Counted from the first letter of the stretch, positions 1 through 8,967 are shown. The stretch: DNA of 64,000 bases from Acidilobaceae archaeon (GCA_038824665.1 JAWBBK010000005.1:32001-96000), one strand, 5' to 3'. A program made the numbers and translations. Notes: generated by a model not told the origin, from the letters alone.

Positions 1-1
1 T

Positions 2-295
2 GTAGGCTGGATAGCTGAAGCCTATAAGAGGTATCCGCACATAGGAGCAGTAGTTCCCACATTAGGCTATACTCAAGAACAGCTGAGAGATCTTGAAGAG
101 ACTCTCAATAGAATCCCAGCTGACGTTATAGTCTCAGGAAGTCCTCTCGACCTGTCTAAAGTGCTAAAGCTGAACAAGCCTGTGATTAGAGTACGTTATG
201 AAGTAGAGATTATAGAGGGTCCTACCTTAGAAGAACTTGTCGAAGAGTTCTTAGAAAAGGCTTCGCCTAAGCTGAAAAGCGTCAGAACTCGATAG
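2..295 (+). CDS. C-terminal fragment of predicted GTPase / cyclic 2,3-diphosphoglycerate synthetase-like protein (COG2403-like), partial
   Basis: Manual translation of frame 2: VGWIAEAYKRYPHIGAVVPTLGYTQEQLRDLEETLNRIPADVIVSGSPLDL...KPVIRVRYE, stop TAG at 293-295. Confidence 0.65.
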   Translation, partial: VGWIAEAYKRYPHIGAVVPTLGYTQEQLRDLEETLNRIPADVIVSGSPLDLSKVLKLNKPVIRVRYEVEIIEGPTLEELVEEFLEKASPKLKSVRTR

Positions 296-314
296 CTCGT
301 CTCTGGGCACAGGT

Positions 315-1652
315 GTGAGTGAATATCGCGACTTGCTGAAAATTGCAGAAGAAGTTCTGAAAGAGACCTCTCTCTGCGACAGATGTTTTGGGAGACTTTT
401 TGCAAAGCTAGGTCACGGTTGGAACAATAAGGTGCGAGGCGAAGCTCTCAAGAGAGTAGTGTTGATGAGAGTTCACGAGAGATTACGTCGCGGAGACGCG
501 AGCGCTGAAAACGACCTTAGAAAGATAGCGCCGAACGTTGGAGAGATCGCTAAAGGAGTATACCTTCAGGTCTTTGGCGAAGAGCTAAAGACCAGTGAGT
601 GCGTTATTTGTGGAAGCATCATAGAGGAGTTTTTAGAACGCGTCTCAAAAGACGTAGCGTCAGTTGTAAAAGCTCATAACGCTCCTAGCTTCTTGATCGG
701 TGTGATCTGCGATAAAAACGTCCTAAAGAGAGAGGAGGAAATAACGAGCAAATACGGTATTGACTTCTGGGAGTCTATAAAAAGAGAGATAAAAAGAGAG
801 ATAGGAAAAAGAGTACAACAAATGACTAGTGCTGTTCCTGATTTCAAACATCCCGCTTTGACGCTTATCGTGAAGTTTCCAGAAGGCTCTTTAGAGATCG
901 CACCTTCAAGCATGTTAATCAAAGGAAGATATTGGAAGACAGGAAGGATGATCAGTCAGGCGTTCTGGCCAACAGTTAATGGCCCCAAATATTTCTCAAT
1001 AGAAGAAGCGGCTTCGGGAGTTCTTGCGCTGACTAGAGGCGATAGCGTTGTGGTTCACGCAAGTGGACGCGAGGACGTAGACGTCAGAGTTCTGGGTTCA
1101 GGAAGACCTCTCATAATAGAAATAAAAGCTCCTTCCGTTTGGGTCGAAGACCTAGAAGCAATTGAGAAAGCGCTCAACTCTACTGCAACAGAGGTAGTTA
1201 AATTCAAGGTGGAAGGCTTTGCTGAATCTAAAAACGTGATCAGAGTCTACAAAGAAGAACTCGCAATAAAGGGAAAAACCTATAGAGCTCTCATCTACGT
1301 AGAAGGCGGAGTTAGAGAAGAAGACATGAGAACTCTCGAGGAGAGATTCGCTAATAGGACGATATTACAGAGAACCCCTAAGAGAGTGTTGAAGCGAAAG
1401 AAAGACATGGTTAGAACGAAGCTGGTTGAGAGCGTAAAATGCAAGATCTTGACTTCAAATCTCATAGAGTGTCTCATAAGAGCTTCAGGAGGTCTCTACG
1501 TTAAAGAGTTAGTCAGCGGAGACGACGGAAGGACTACTCCAAGCTTTTCTGAAGCTCTCGGCAGAAGAGCTTTCTGCATAGAGCTTGATGTGCTAGAAGT
1601 AAGCGTTAATCCAAAGCCTCTCGAAGCTCAAGGTCTAGCTGAAAAACCTTAA
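315..1652 (+). CDS. pus10: tRNA pseudouridine(54/55) synthase Pus10
   Basis: N-terminal LCDRCFGRLF Zn motif, HASGREDVDVR catalytic motif, GGLYVKELVSGDDGRT; upstream of rpl21e. Confidence 0.95.
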   Translation: MSEYRDLLKIAEEVLKETSLCDRCFGRLFAKLGHGWNNKVRGEALKRVVLMRVHERLRRGDASAENDLRKIAPNVGEIAKGVYLQVFGEELKTSECVICGSIIEEFLERVSKDVASVVKAHNAPSFLIGVICDKNVLKREEEITSKYGIDFWESIKREIKREIGKRVQQMTSAVPDFKHPALTLIVKFPEGSLEIAPSSMLIKGRYWKTGRMISQAFWPTVNGPKYFSIEEAASGVLALTRGDSVVVHASGREDVDVRVLGSGRPLIIEIKAPSVWVEDLEAIEKALNSTATEVVKFKVEGFAESKNVIRVYKEELAIKGKTYRALIYVEGGVREEDMRTLEERFANRTILQRTPKRVLKRKKDMVRTKLVESVKCKILTSNLIECLIRASGGLYVKELVSGDDGRTTPSFSEALGRRAFCIELDVLEVSVNPKPLEAQGLAEKP

Positions 1653-1688
1653 ATAACCTCACTCTATCCGAGCACTAGGTGAAATGCT

Positions 1689-2006
1689 TTGGTCAAGGCT
1701 CCAAAAGGCTACAGACATAGAACGAGAAAGCTTTTGAGAAAAGAAGTGAGAGAACGTGGAGGCGTTCCTAGACTCAGCGTTTTGCTTAGAGAGTATGCTG
1801 TAGGAGAAAAAGTAGCTATCGTTATTAACCCTTCGTTCCACAGCGGTATGCCTCATAGAAGATATCATGGAAGGACTGCAACTATTGTTGGAAAAAGAGG
1901 AGAATGCTATATTGTTAAGGTGAATCTAGGAGATAAAGAAAAGACCTTGATTGTAGCTCCTTACCACCTCAAACCTCTAGAGTCTTCTCAAAAAGCTGTT
2001 AACTGA
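1689..2006 (+). CDS. rpl21e: 50S ribosomal protein L21e
   Basis: KGYRHRTRKLL and GMPHRRYHGRT motifs. Confidence 0.97.
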   Translation: MVKAPKGYRHRTRKLLRKEVRERGGVPRLSVLLREYAVGEKVAIVINPSFHSGMPHRRYHGRTATIVGKRGECYIVKVNLGDKEKTLIVAPYHLKPLESSQKAVN

Positions 2007-2032
2007 GAACAACATGGGATAGGTGTGAACTC

Positions 2033-2371
2033 TTGGAGAGAAGGATTCTCAGCAAGAAATATATCACAATTCATGAAGCTAGGAAGATCGTAGAGGAAAG
2101 ACTTAAAGATGAAAGCAACGCTACCGAGGTGCTTAACAGAGTTCGCAACTACTTGATGATATTTGGAAAGCTTGATGCAGAGACCTCGAGAAAAGCTATA
2201 GAAAGCTTGCTTGAGCTAGGCGTTCCTTTAGAAGCTGCTGTCAACATATTAGATCTGTGTCCGCAATCTGAAGGAGAAATCAGGTCGATCTTGTCCACGT
2301 TTAAAGAAACTGCTCTAGACCCAGAACTCATATCTAATGTTCTCTCTATAGTTCGAAGAGCTTGCGGTTGA
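2033..2371 (+). CDS. rpoF: RNA polymerase subunit F (Rpo4)
   Basis: Size, AVNILDLCPQSEGEIRSIL motif, conserved rpl21e-rpoF-DUF655-ksgA synteny. Confidence 0.9.
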   Translation: MERRILSKKYITIHEARKIVEERLKDESNATEVLNRVRNYLMIFGKLDAETSRKAIESLLELGVPLEAAVNILDLCPQSEGEIRSILSTFKETALDPELISNVLSIVRRACG

Positions 2372-2434
2372 CTAGCATAACACAGCTAATCACTTAAAAA
2401 CTTTACGCACGGAAGTTGTTCGTGGGAACTCCTG

Positions 2435-3340
2435 GTGGAAGGGACTCCTTTACAGCCCAAAAAGATTCACGTAGCGGCTCTAGAGAGAGAGGCGATTGTA
2501 ATTGACTATAGCCCTACAGGCATAGACTCCGACCCTCATAAAGAACACAAGGGCAAGCCTGTAGCTCAAGCTGTAGGCGTGAGACGGTTCAGCTTAGTCG
2601 ATGGGATTCCGCTGTCAGACGTTGAGATTTTTGAGAGAGTCACTTTAGTTAGAGAAGTCACCAGACTCTTAAGCCAACCTATTGATGTAAAGGGAACGAA
2701 GTTCAGAAAGATAACAGTAGTGCTTGCATGTCTTCCAGGTCCGGAAAGAACGTCCTACTGTTATTCTTTAACGGAGTTAGACCCATGGACTGAAGACTTA
2801 CTTAGAGAAGCCATTCAAAGCGAAGGAGGATGGGCTCTTCTCGTCGACTCTCCTTCCGAATTGGTTAAGATAGTCTCTGAACGTGGTCTACCGGAGAAGA
2901 TACTAGTGGTGCCTCAACGGCCTTTATCCTATAACGAACTAACCGATATAGCTAAAGAGAACCTTCTAGAAGCTGTGAAGAAAATAATTCAATCTGATGA
3001 AAAGACCTTCGTAGAGTTCTTTAATGTAGCTGAGCCTATAAACATCAGGCTTCACGCTCTCGACCTCTTTGCAGGAATAGGGAAGAAGACTGTACAAGCT
3101 CTGCTTGAAAGAAGGTCTCAGAAACCCTTCGAGAGCTTTGAAGAAATAAAGAAAGTCATCAGATCAGACCCTGTAGAGCTGTTGACCAACAAGATCGTTG
3201 AAGAGATTAAAGGCGAAGCTAAATACTATCTCTTCGTAGAGCCTGCCGACTACTCAGCTCCATTTCTAGATTATCCAGAAAAGATCAGAAGGTCGTTACA
3301 AATGAGGAAGAGAGGAGGTGGAGTTCAAGCCTTTACTTAA
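2435..3340 (+). CDS. DUF655 family putative RNA-binding protein, long form with internal insertion
   Basis: PVAQAVG; FFNVAEPINIRLHALDLFAGIGKKT HhH motif; PFESFEEI; synteny. Confidence 0.88.
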   Translation: MEGTPLQPKKIHVAALEREAIVIDYSPTGIDSDPHKEHKGKPVAQAVGVRRFSLVDGIPLSDVEIFERVTLVREVTRLLSQPIDVKGTKFRKITVVLACLPGPERTSYCYSLTELDPWTEDLLREAIQSEGGWALLVDSPSELVKIVSERGLPEKILVVPQRPLSYNELTDIAKENLLEAVKKIIQSDEKTFVEFFNVAEPINIRLHALDLFAGIGKKTVQALLERRSQKPFESFEEIKKVIRSDPVELLTNKIVEEIKGEAKYYLFVEPADYSAPFLDYPEKIRRSLQMRKRGGGVQAFT

Positions 3341-4142
3341 CCGTAGAGAGCTTTTGAAGTACACAAAGAGAGCCCTCAAGTCTTTAGGACTAAGACCTTC
3401 AAAAAAGCTCGGTCAACACTTCCTGATAGACCCTAGAGGAGTGAGACTGTTTTTAGACTGTTTAAACTCAAGCAACTCCAGAAGGTTTTTAGAAGTAGGC
3501 TCAGGCTTAGGGGTCCTTACTATAGCCGTCTCTCAAATAGCCGAGCTCGTAGTGGCTTTCGAAATCCATCCAAAGCTTGTTGCGTTTTTAGCTAAGCTCG
3601 AGTTAGAGAATGTTCAGGTTATCAGAGGCGACGGAGTTGAAGCCGCTTCTTCAACAACTATAGAGCACGTTTACTCAAACACTCCTTACAATTTGTCGAC
3701 AGCAATACTCTTTGCTCTAGCTAAAAACAACAACATAAAAGAAGTCACGCTAGGAGTTCAATTAGAGGTAGCCGAAAGACTGCTAGCTAAGCCAGGTCTT
3801 GAGAGCTATGGAAGACTAACGGTTGTAACGCGTAGGGTCTTCAATACAAAGATGGTAGGCGTTCTGCCTCCCGAGTTTTTCTATCCGAAACCTGAAGTCT
3901 ATGGAGCAGTTGTAAAGCTCGAGAGGAAGAAAGAGTGGACTCGAGAGGACGACGCAGTAGAGGCTGTAGCTAAATGTCTCTTCACAGGAAAGAACAAAAA
4001 AGTGGTGAAAATGATGAAGAAGTGTTTCAACATAAAGCTAGAAAGCAGTCCGCTAGGAGAGAAGAGAGTGAGAGAGCTGAGTCTAGAAGACATGGAGGAG
4101 ATTTTGAAAACGTTGGACTTAGAGAGACTTCTGACAACTTAA
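3318..4142 (+). CDS. ksgA: 16S rRNA adenine dimethyltransferase KsgA/Dim1
   Basis: KKLGQHFL, EVGSGLG, SNTPYN, YGRLTV, FYPKPEV motifs. Confidence 0.95.
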   Translation: MEFKPLLNRRELLKYTKRALKSLGLRPSKKLGQHFLIDPRGVRLFLDCLNSSNSRRFLEVGSGLGVLTIAVSQIAELVVAFEIHPKLVAFLAKLELENVQVIRGDGVEAASSTTIEHVYSNTPYNLSTAILFALAKNNNIKEVTLGVQLEVAERLLAKPGLESYGRLTVVTRRVFNTKMVGVLPPEFFYPKPEVYGAVVKLERKKEWTREDDAVEAVAKCLFTGKNKKVVKMMKKCFNIKLESSPLGEKRVRELSLEDMEEILKTLDLERLLTT

Positions 4143-4156
4143 AAGCTATATTCGAA

Positions 4157-4720
4157 GTGGAACTCGATGAATGTGTCTACAAGCCTTCAGACGACACAGA
4201 GCTAGCGGCTGAAGCTTTGTTGAACTTATCTAGAGAAGGTAGGACATACTCTAGCATAATCGAGATCGGCTCCGGTAGCGGAGTTCTAGCTCTTTTAGCT
4301 TACAAGTTGTTCAAACCCTCAAAGCTCATCGCTACAGACATATCGCCTTACGCTACTAGGCTCTCTCGCAAAAACCTGCCTGAAGAAGTTCTGGTAGTCA
4401 GGTGTGACGGAGCTACATGCTTTAGAGACGGCTGGGACTTAGCTATACTTAACCCTCCTTACTTGCCTGTAAAGCCTCGAAGTCCTCTGCCTGAAGGTTG
4501 TGAAGACTGGCTAGACCTGGCTTGGAGCGGGATGGAAGACATGGAGAGGCTGGTAAGAGAGGCTCTTCGAATATCGAGAGAGACCTTGGTAGTCTCTTCT
4601 AGTCTTTCTCCTATAAGCGTTGAAACGATAGCGTTAGAAGAAAAGCGTAGAGCAAGACTACTGATTTCAAAACGTTTCTTCTTTGAAGAAATATACGTAT
4701 ACTATATAGAATCAACTTAG
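4157..4720 (+). CDS. HemK/PrmC-related SAM-dependent methyltransferase
   Basis: VYKPSDDT, EIGSGSG, NPPY motifs; start moved from the ORF-track 3974 to in-frame GTG 4157, just after the ksgA stop. Confidence 0.85.
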   Translation: MELDECVYKPSDDTELAAEALLNLSREGRTYSSIIEIGSGSGVLALLAYKLFKPSKLIATDISPYATRLSRKNLPEEVLVVRCDGATCFRDGWDLAILNPPYLPVKPRSPLPEGCEDWLDLAWSGMEDMERLVREALRISRETLVVSSSLSPISVETIALEEKRRARLLISKRFFFEEIYVYYIEST

Positions 4721-4778
4721 GTCAGAAAAAAGAAATCAAAAATATGAGCGAACGACTTGCTTAAGTATCCTAATGTCT

Positions 4779-4835
4779 TCATTTCTTCTTTTCTTCTTTC
4801 TTCTCTTCTTTCTTCTTCTCTTCCTTCTTGGCCAT
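4779..4835 (-). CDS. Putative 18-aa lysine/glutamate micropeptide MAKKEEKKKEEKKEEKKK
   Basis: ATG..TGA frame covering the whole purine tract; preceded by GCGGTGTAAGAG (GGTG SD-like, typical spacing); intergenic. Confidence 0.5.
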   Translation of the reverse strand: MAKKEEKKKEEKKEEKKK

Positions 4836-4970
4836 CTCTTACACCGCTAATAATATAGATGACAATCACGACTAAATAGAGTTAGTAAGCTGACTACATA
4901 TTACGGAGACTTGTCAGAGCTGCAATAAACATAGCTTCTCAAAAGAGACCCGGCTCCTTTGTAGAACTCT

Positions 4971-6170
4971 GTGCTTAAGAGGTTTAGAATCTCGAAGGCT
5001 TTCGAACGGAGTCGTGGAGTGAGATTCAATGGTAACGTAGTGCTTCAAGACCTAAAGATCAAAAAGGAGCTGAAAGTCAAACTAGAGAGTTCTCTTAGCG
5101 AAGCCGAGATTAGAGAAGCTCTGCTAGATGGCCATGCTAAAAGAAGACCTAGACCCTGTGGGCTCACTATACACACCTCTACAGGATGTAGTTATGGATG
5201 TCTCTACTGCTACATATTCGATATGGGGTTCTCACAAAGACCTGAACCATATAAGCTATCGAGTTCGCAACTGGTATATGCTCTAATCAGTAACGAGAGC
5301 TTCGTAGTCGGTCGTCACGGCACTCTCTTAGCCTTTGGGAGCGTAACCGAGCCCTTCATGCCTATAGCTAAGAGGAAGACTATGGAGTACTTGAAGGCTA
5401 CGAGCTCTCATTTAGGTAATCCACAACAGATCTCGGTTAAAGGAGTGCTAGAACCTCAAGAACTAGAAGACTTTACAGCTAGCGCCGAAACAGACATAGA
5501 TGTCCTGATCTCGCTCACTACTTTTAATAAAGCGAAACAACTAGAGCCTAGAGCTCCTTCGCCTACCGCTAGACTCGACTTCGCTATGGAGCTAATCAAA
5601 AGAAAAGTCAGCGTAGCTCTTTTCGTGAGACCTATATTGCCTAGCGTCACTGACCGCGAGTTCGACTTGATTCTAGAAGGAGCCGAAAAGAGAGGAGTTA
5701 AGAGATTAGTTCTTGGAACTTTGAGACTCACGAAACTCATTCTCAAAAGACTAGAGACCTCAAGAGCTATAGACATAGAAGAGCTTAGAAGCAGAACGCC
5801 ATTAGGCTTTGAGAAGTCGCAAAAACAAATAGCTCTTAGAGCGTCAGATATCAAGAAGCGTCTGCAAGCAGAAGCCAACTCTCGAGGCTTCAAAGTCTAC
5901 CCAGCTGCTTGTGCTTCAAGCATAGACGCCCATAAGCTGTACTGTAGATTATGTGGAATGGGACCTTGTGGAGAAAAAAGCGAAGCTGTGAAAGTTGATG
6001 AAGAAGGGATCAAAGACGCTGCTGAGACGTTAAGAGCTAACGTAGCTGTCAACGTCTGTAATGACGTTATTGATATAATCTGTCTGAGCAACTGGAAGGC
6101 CTGCGATAAACTAAAGCTGTATATAGAAACGGTAGCGAAGGTCAGAACTAGAGTCAGAAGACAGGAATGA
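4971..6170 (+). CDS. Radical SAM protein (SPL-like family); true start may be ~5040
   Basis: GCSYGCLYCY CxxxCxxC motif, GSVTEPF, LEPRAPSP..RL, extra C-terminal Cys cluster. Confidence 0.85.
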   Translation: MLKRFRISKAFERSRGVRFNGNVVLQDLKIKKELKVKLESSLSEAEIREALLDGHAKRRPRPCGLTIHTSTGCSYGCLYCYIFDMGFSQRPEPYKLSSSQLVYALISNESFVVGRHGTLLAFGSVTEPFMPIAKRKTMEYLKATSSHLGNPQQISVKGVLEPQELEDFTASAETDIDVLISLTTFNKAKQLEPRAPSPTARLDFAMELIKRKVSVALFVRPILPSVTDREFDLILEGAEKRGVKRLVLGTLRLTKLILKRLETSRAIDIEELRSRTPLGFEKSQKQIALRASDIKKRLQAEANSRGFKVYPAACASSIDAHKLYCRLCGMGPCGEKSEAVKVDEEGIKDAAETLRANVAVNVCNDVIDIICLSNWKACDKLKLYIETVAKVRTRVRRQE

Positions 6171-6180
6171 GGGAAGAGCT

Positions 6181-7056
6181 TTGAACAACGACAAACAAGT
6201 GCAGGATTTGAGCCCTTCAGTCAGGATCTCTCTTGAAAGGATAGGCTTCAAGGAGCTCAAGAGAAGAGTTAAGCTAGAGACTCCTATAGGGCTTTTGCAA
6301 CTAGACTTAACCTTAGACCTCTATATAAGCATATCTAAAGATAGAAGAGGAGCTCATCTCTCTAGAACTGCTGAAACAGCTTTAGAGGTTCTAGAGACTT
6401 CCTTCATAGCGAAAAGTGTTGAGGAACATTTAGAACTGTTGGCGCGCCATCTTCTCAAAAAGCACGAATATGCTGAACAGGTCGAGGTGAAGGCTACCTT
6501 TACGTATTACGTAGAAGTAGAGTACGGAAAGCTGAAGGGAACTGAGCCTGTAGTAGCTGAAGTAGAGATAAGCTTAGATAGAAACGGGAGGAAGAGATGG
6601 AGTGTAGCCGTTACCGTCGTTGGGCTTACAGCTTGTCCTTCTGCACAACAAGCGATAGCGACTCTTTTAAAACGAGAACCTCACGAAGTTCCTACTCATA
6701 TGCAGAAGGTTCTAGTAAAAGGAAAAGTGAGCGGAGAAGAAGGCTTTGTCAGAATCGAAAGACTTGCGAGAGCTCTTCATAAGAGTCTATCGGCTCCAGC
6801 ATTCACTTTGCTTAAAAGAGCTGATGAAGCCGAGCTGATATTGAGAGCGATCTCCAACGCTAAACTTCTCGAAGACGTTGTGAGAGACTCTATAGCTAAC
6901 ATAGCTTTAGAATTCAAAGACCTTTCGCTCGATACGCTGATCGAAGTAGAAGCGGAAAGCTTTGAAAGTATTCACCCCCATAACCTTTATGCTTATAAAA
7001 GAGTCGCTCTCAAAGAAGCTCTTGAAGCTCTAGCCTTTTCGGAAAGTCAAGGCTGA
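6181..7056 (+). CDS. mptA: GTP cyclohydrolase FolE2/MptA family
   Basis: RGAHLSR, TACP, THMQK, EDVVR, ESIHPHN motifs. Confidence 0.92.
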   Translation: MNNDKQVQDLSPSVRISLERIGFKELKRRVKLETPIGLLQLDLTLDLYISISKDRRGAHLSRTAETALEVLETSFIAKSVEEHLELLARHLLKKHEYAEQVEVKATFTYYVEVEYGKLKGTEPVVAEVEISLDRNGRKRWSVAVTVVGLTACPSAQQAIATLLKREPHEVPTHMQKVLVKGKVSGEEGFVRIERLARALHKSLSAPAFTLLKRADEAELILRAISNAKLLEDVVRDSIANIALEFKDLSLDTLIEVEAESFESIHPHNLYAYKRVALKEALEALAFSESQG

Positions 7057-7113
7057 GTTAAAGCTTAAGTTTAAACTTAATTACCCTCAATCAGAACACC
7101 TCTAAAATAGGAT

Positions 7114-7214
7114 GGGCCCGTAGCTCAGCCAGGCAGAGCGGCGGACTCACGCCGAGCGCGAGGCCGGAGCTCCAGACCCGTAGGTCGGGGGTTCGAATCC
7201 CTCCGGGCCCACCA
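7114..7214 (+). tRNA. tRNA-Trp(CCA) with 24-nt intron at position 30/31 (7145-7168); CCA encoded
   Basis: Acceptor GGGCCCG/CGGGCCC+ACCA, T-loop TTCGAAT; removing 7145-7168 gives stem GCGGG/CCCGT with loop CTCCAGA; canonical BHB at the junctions. Confidence 0.93.
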
Positions 7215-7238
7215 CACCCCTCAAAGGGCTCCTCTTTA

Positions 7239-7255
7239 ACGTTTTTGAAAAACGT
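7239..7255. terminator. Palindromic T-tract (ACGTTTTTGAAAAACGT), possible bidirectional terminator
   Basis: Lies between convergent tRNA-Trp and C/D sRNA; presents T5 on each strand. Confidence 0.45.
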
Positions 7256-7309
7256 CAGCCGGGGATAACTTCTTCACTGAGATCAGCTTTAGCGCACCAC
7301 ATCATTCAC
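7252..7309 (-). ncRNA. C/D box methylation guide sRNA; D guide matches the 23S peptidyl-transferase loop
   Basis: Minus strand: ATGATGT(C)-GGTGCGCTAAAG-CTGA(D')-TCTCA-GTGAAGA(C')-AGTTATCCCCGG-CTGA(D); D guide complementary to CCGGGGAUAAC. Confidence 0.85.
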
Positions 7310-7333
7310 AAAACACACTGAACCTTGAAGTAT

Positions 7334-7666
7334 TTATTCTTGGAACCTAACTTTGACTATCTGAGCGTATTCAAGAGAGCCTACTTTAAGTATTGCGTCT
7401 TCATGCACGTATCCGGATTCCACGCCTAATCTCACAGCTCTCTTACCGACCAATATGATCACCTCAGCTTCTTCTATGACTCTCAACGCCTCTGATTCTT
7501 CCACGATCTCTCCTTTGTAGAAAGACTCGTTTACATCTATTATCAAGCCTTTCTCTTCATCTCTCTCAACAAGACCTAACGCGTCCTCATCTACTATAGA
7601 TGCCATCAGCTCTCCTAACGGTAGCGTGTACATTTTTAAATGAAACCTAGCGCTACCTTCTCTCAA
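7334..7666 (-). CDS. DUF424 family protein
   Basis: IDVNESFYKGE, ILVGKRAV..G...GYVHEDAIL pattern. Confidence 0.85.
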   Translation of the reverse strand: MREGSARFHLKMYTLPLGELMASIVDEDALGLVERDEEKGLIIDVNESFYKGEIVEESEALRVIEEAEVIILVGKRAVRLGVESGYVHEDAILKVGSLEYAQIVKVRFQE

Positions 7667-7748
7667 AGTCGTAACCCTTTACAACATCAAGCATGAAGCT
7701 TAATATTTATGAGTTCACGATAGCTTCCTAAGGCAGAGGCGGTCTGCT

Positions 7749-8732
7749 TTGGCTTCTCTGCTTATAGGGATCTACGGCTTTGGCTCTATAGGAAGACTTA
7801 TAGCAAAAGAAGCCGTTTACAGAGGATTTGAGATCGTTGGGATCGTAGATATAGATCCAGCCATAGTTGGGAAGACCGCTGGTGAATTGCTAGGAGTTAA
7901 AGACGTTTCCGTCAAGGTTTCTAACGACATCTCGACTTTGAGAGGAGCTGAAGTAATCATTCACGCTACAGGGTCTTATTTAGACAAAGTGTACGATCAG
8001 TTAGCCGCTAGCTTGAAGCTTGGAGCAGATGTGATATCGACTTGTGAGACCTTAGCTTATCCCTGGTTTAGATATCCTGTGTTAGCGAGAAAGCTTGATG
8101 AAATAGCCGTGAAAAACGGCGTCGCTATCTTGGGCACAGGGATCAATCCAGGTTTTCTTTTAGACGCTCTGGTTGTAACCCTTTCTGCCTCTGTATCTGG
8201 GGTTAAGAAAGTCGTAGCCAAGAGAAGTGTAGACGCTACTTCAAGAAGAGAGCCTTTTAGAAAAAAGATAGGTGTAGGACTTACTTTAGAAGAGGCTTTG
8301 ACAGGCTTGAGATCAGGAACTCTCACAGGTCATGTAGGATACGCTGAATCCGCTATGCTGATAGCGGACGCATTAGGAGTTCAGCCTTCTCGAGTAGTAG
8401 AGTCGCAAGAGCCTGTGATAGCTGAAACTTACGTAGAGTCTAAAGGAATAAGAGTAGAAGCGGGAAAAGTGAAAGGCGTTAGAGGAAGCGGTATAGCTTA
8501 CAGAGCCGATGGAGAAGAGATGGTTAGAGTAGAGTTCGAGGCCTACGTCGGAGCTTCTGACTATGAGGAGATAACTATTGAAGGAAGAGAACACAAAGTA
8601 GTTTGGAAGAGCAGTGGAACTCCTGGCGATGCTGGAACAGCTACTGTAGTCTTAAGCATAGCTGAAAAACTGAGATCCTACGGTCCAGGGCTTCTAACTA
8701 TAATCGACCTGCTTCCGTTTAGGCCTCGCTAG
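7749..8732 (+). CDS. NAD(P)-dependent DapB-like / 2,4-diaminopentanoate dehydrogenase-like (amine dehydrogenase family) oxidoreductase
   Basis: GFGSIG Rossmann motif, IHATGS, VISTCE, GTGINPGF, GHVG, PGD..TA. Confidence 0.8.
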   Translation: MASLLIGIYGFGSIGRLIAKEAVYRGFEIVGIVDIDPAIVGKTAGELLGVKDVSVKVSNDISTLRGAEVIIHATGSYLDKVYDQLAASLKLGADVISTCETLAYPWFRYPVLARKLDEIAVKNGVAILGTGINPGFLLDALVVTLSASVSGVKKVVAKRSVDATSRREPFRKKIGVGLTLEEALTGLRSGTLTGHVGYAESAMLIADALGVQPSRVVESQEPVIAETYVESKGIRVEAGKVKGVRGSGIAYRADGEEMVRVEFEAYVGASDYEEITIEGREHKVVWKSSGTPGDAGTATVVLSIAEKLRSYGPGLLTIIDLLPFRPR

Positions 8733-8916
8733 CCTTTTTGTTCTCCTCTTTTCCTACAGATCTCTCAGTCTGCTCTTCTGAAACGGACTTTCTGAACTCT
8801 TTAACCGATTGTCCTAAAGCTCTAGCTAGCTCTGGCAACTTGGAAGCTCCAAATATGAGAACGAGTATAAGCAAGATCACTAAAAGCTCGGGTAGACCTA
8901 AAGACCCTATAGGCAT
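8719..8916 (-). CDS. tatA: Twin-arginine translocase TatA/E
   Basis: GLPELLVILLILVLIFGASKLPELARALGQSVKEFRK. Confidence 0.95.
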   Translation of the reverse strand: MPIGSLGLPELLVILLILVLIFGASKLPELARALGQSVKEFRKSVSEEQTERSVGKEENKKASEA

Positions 8917-8967
8917 AGAGCGTCCCCTAGCACTTCCTGAGCTTCCGAGACTTAATAATTTGGGGGT

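Noticed and set aside
3974-4156. Long N-terminal extension of the HemK-like ORF
   Set aside because: Overlaps ksgA in another frame; homology begins near the GTG at 4157.
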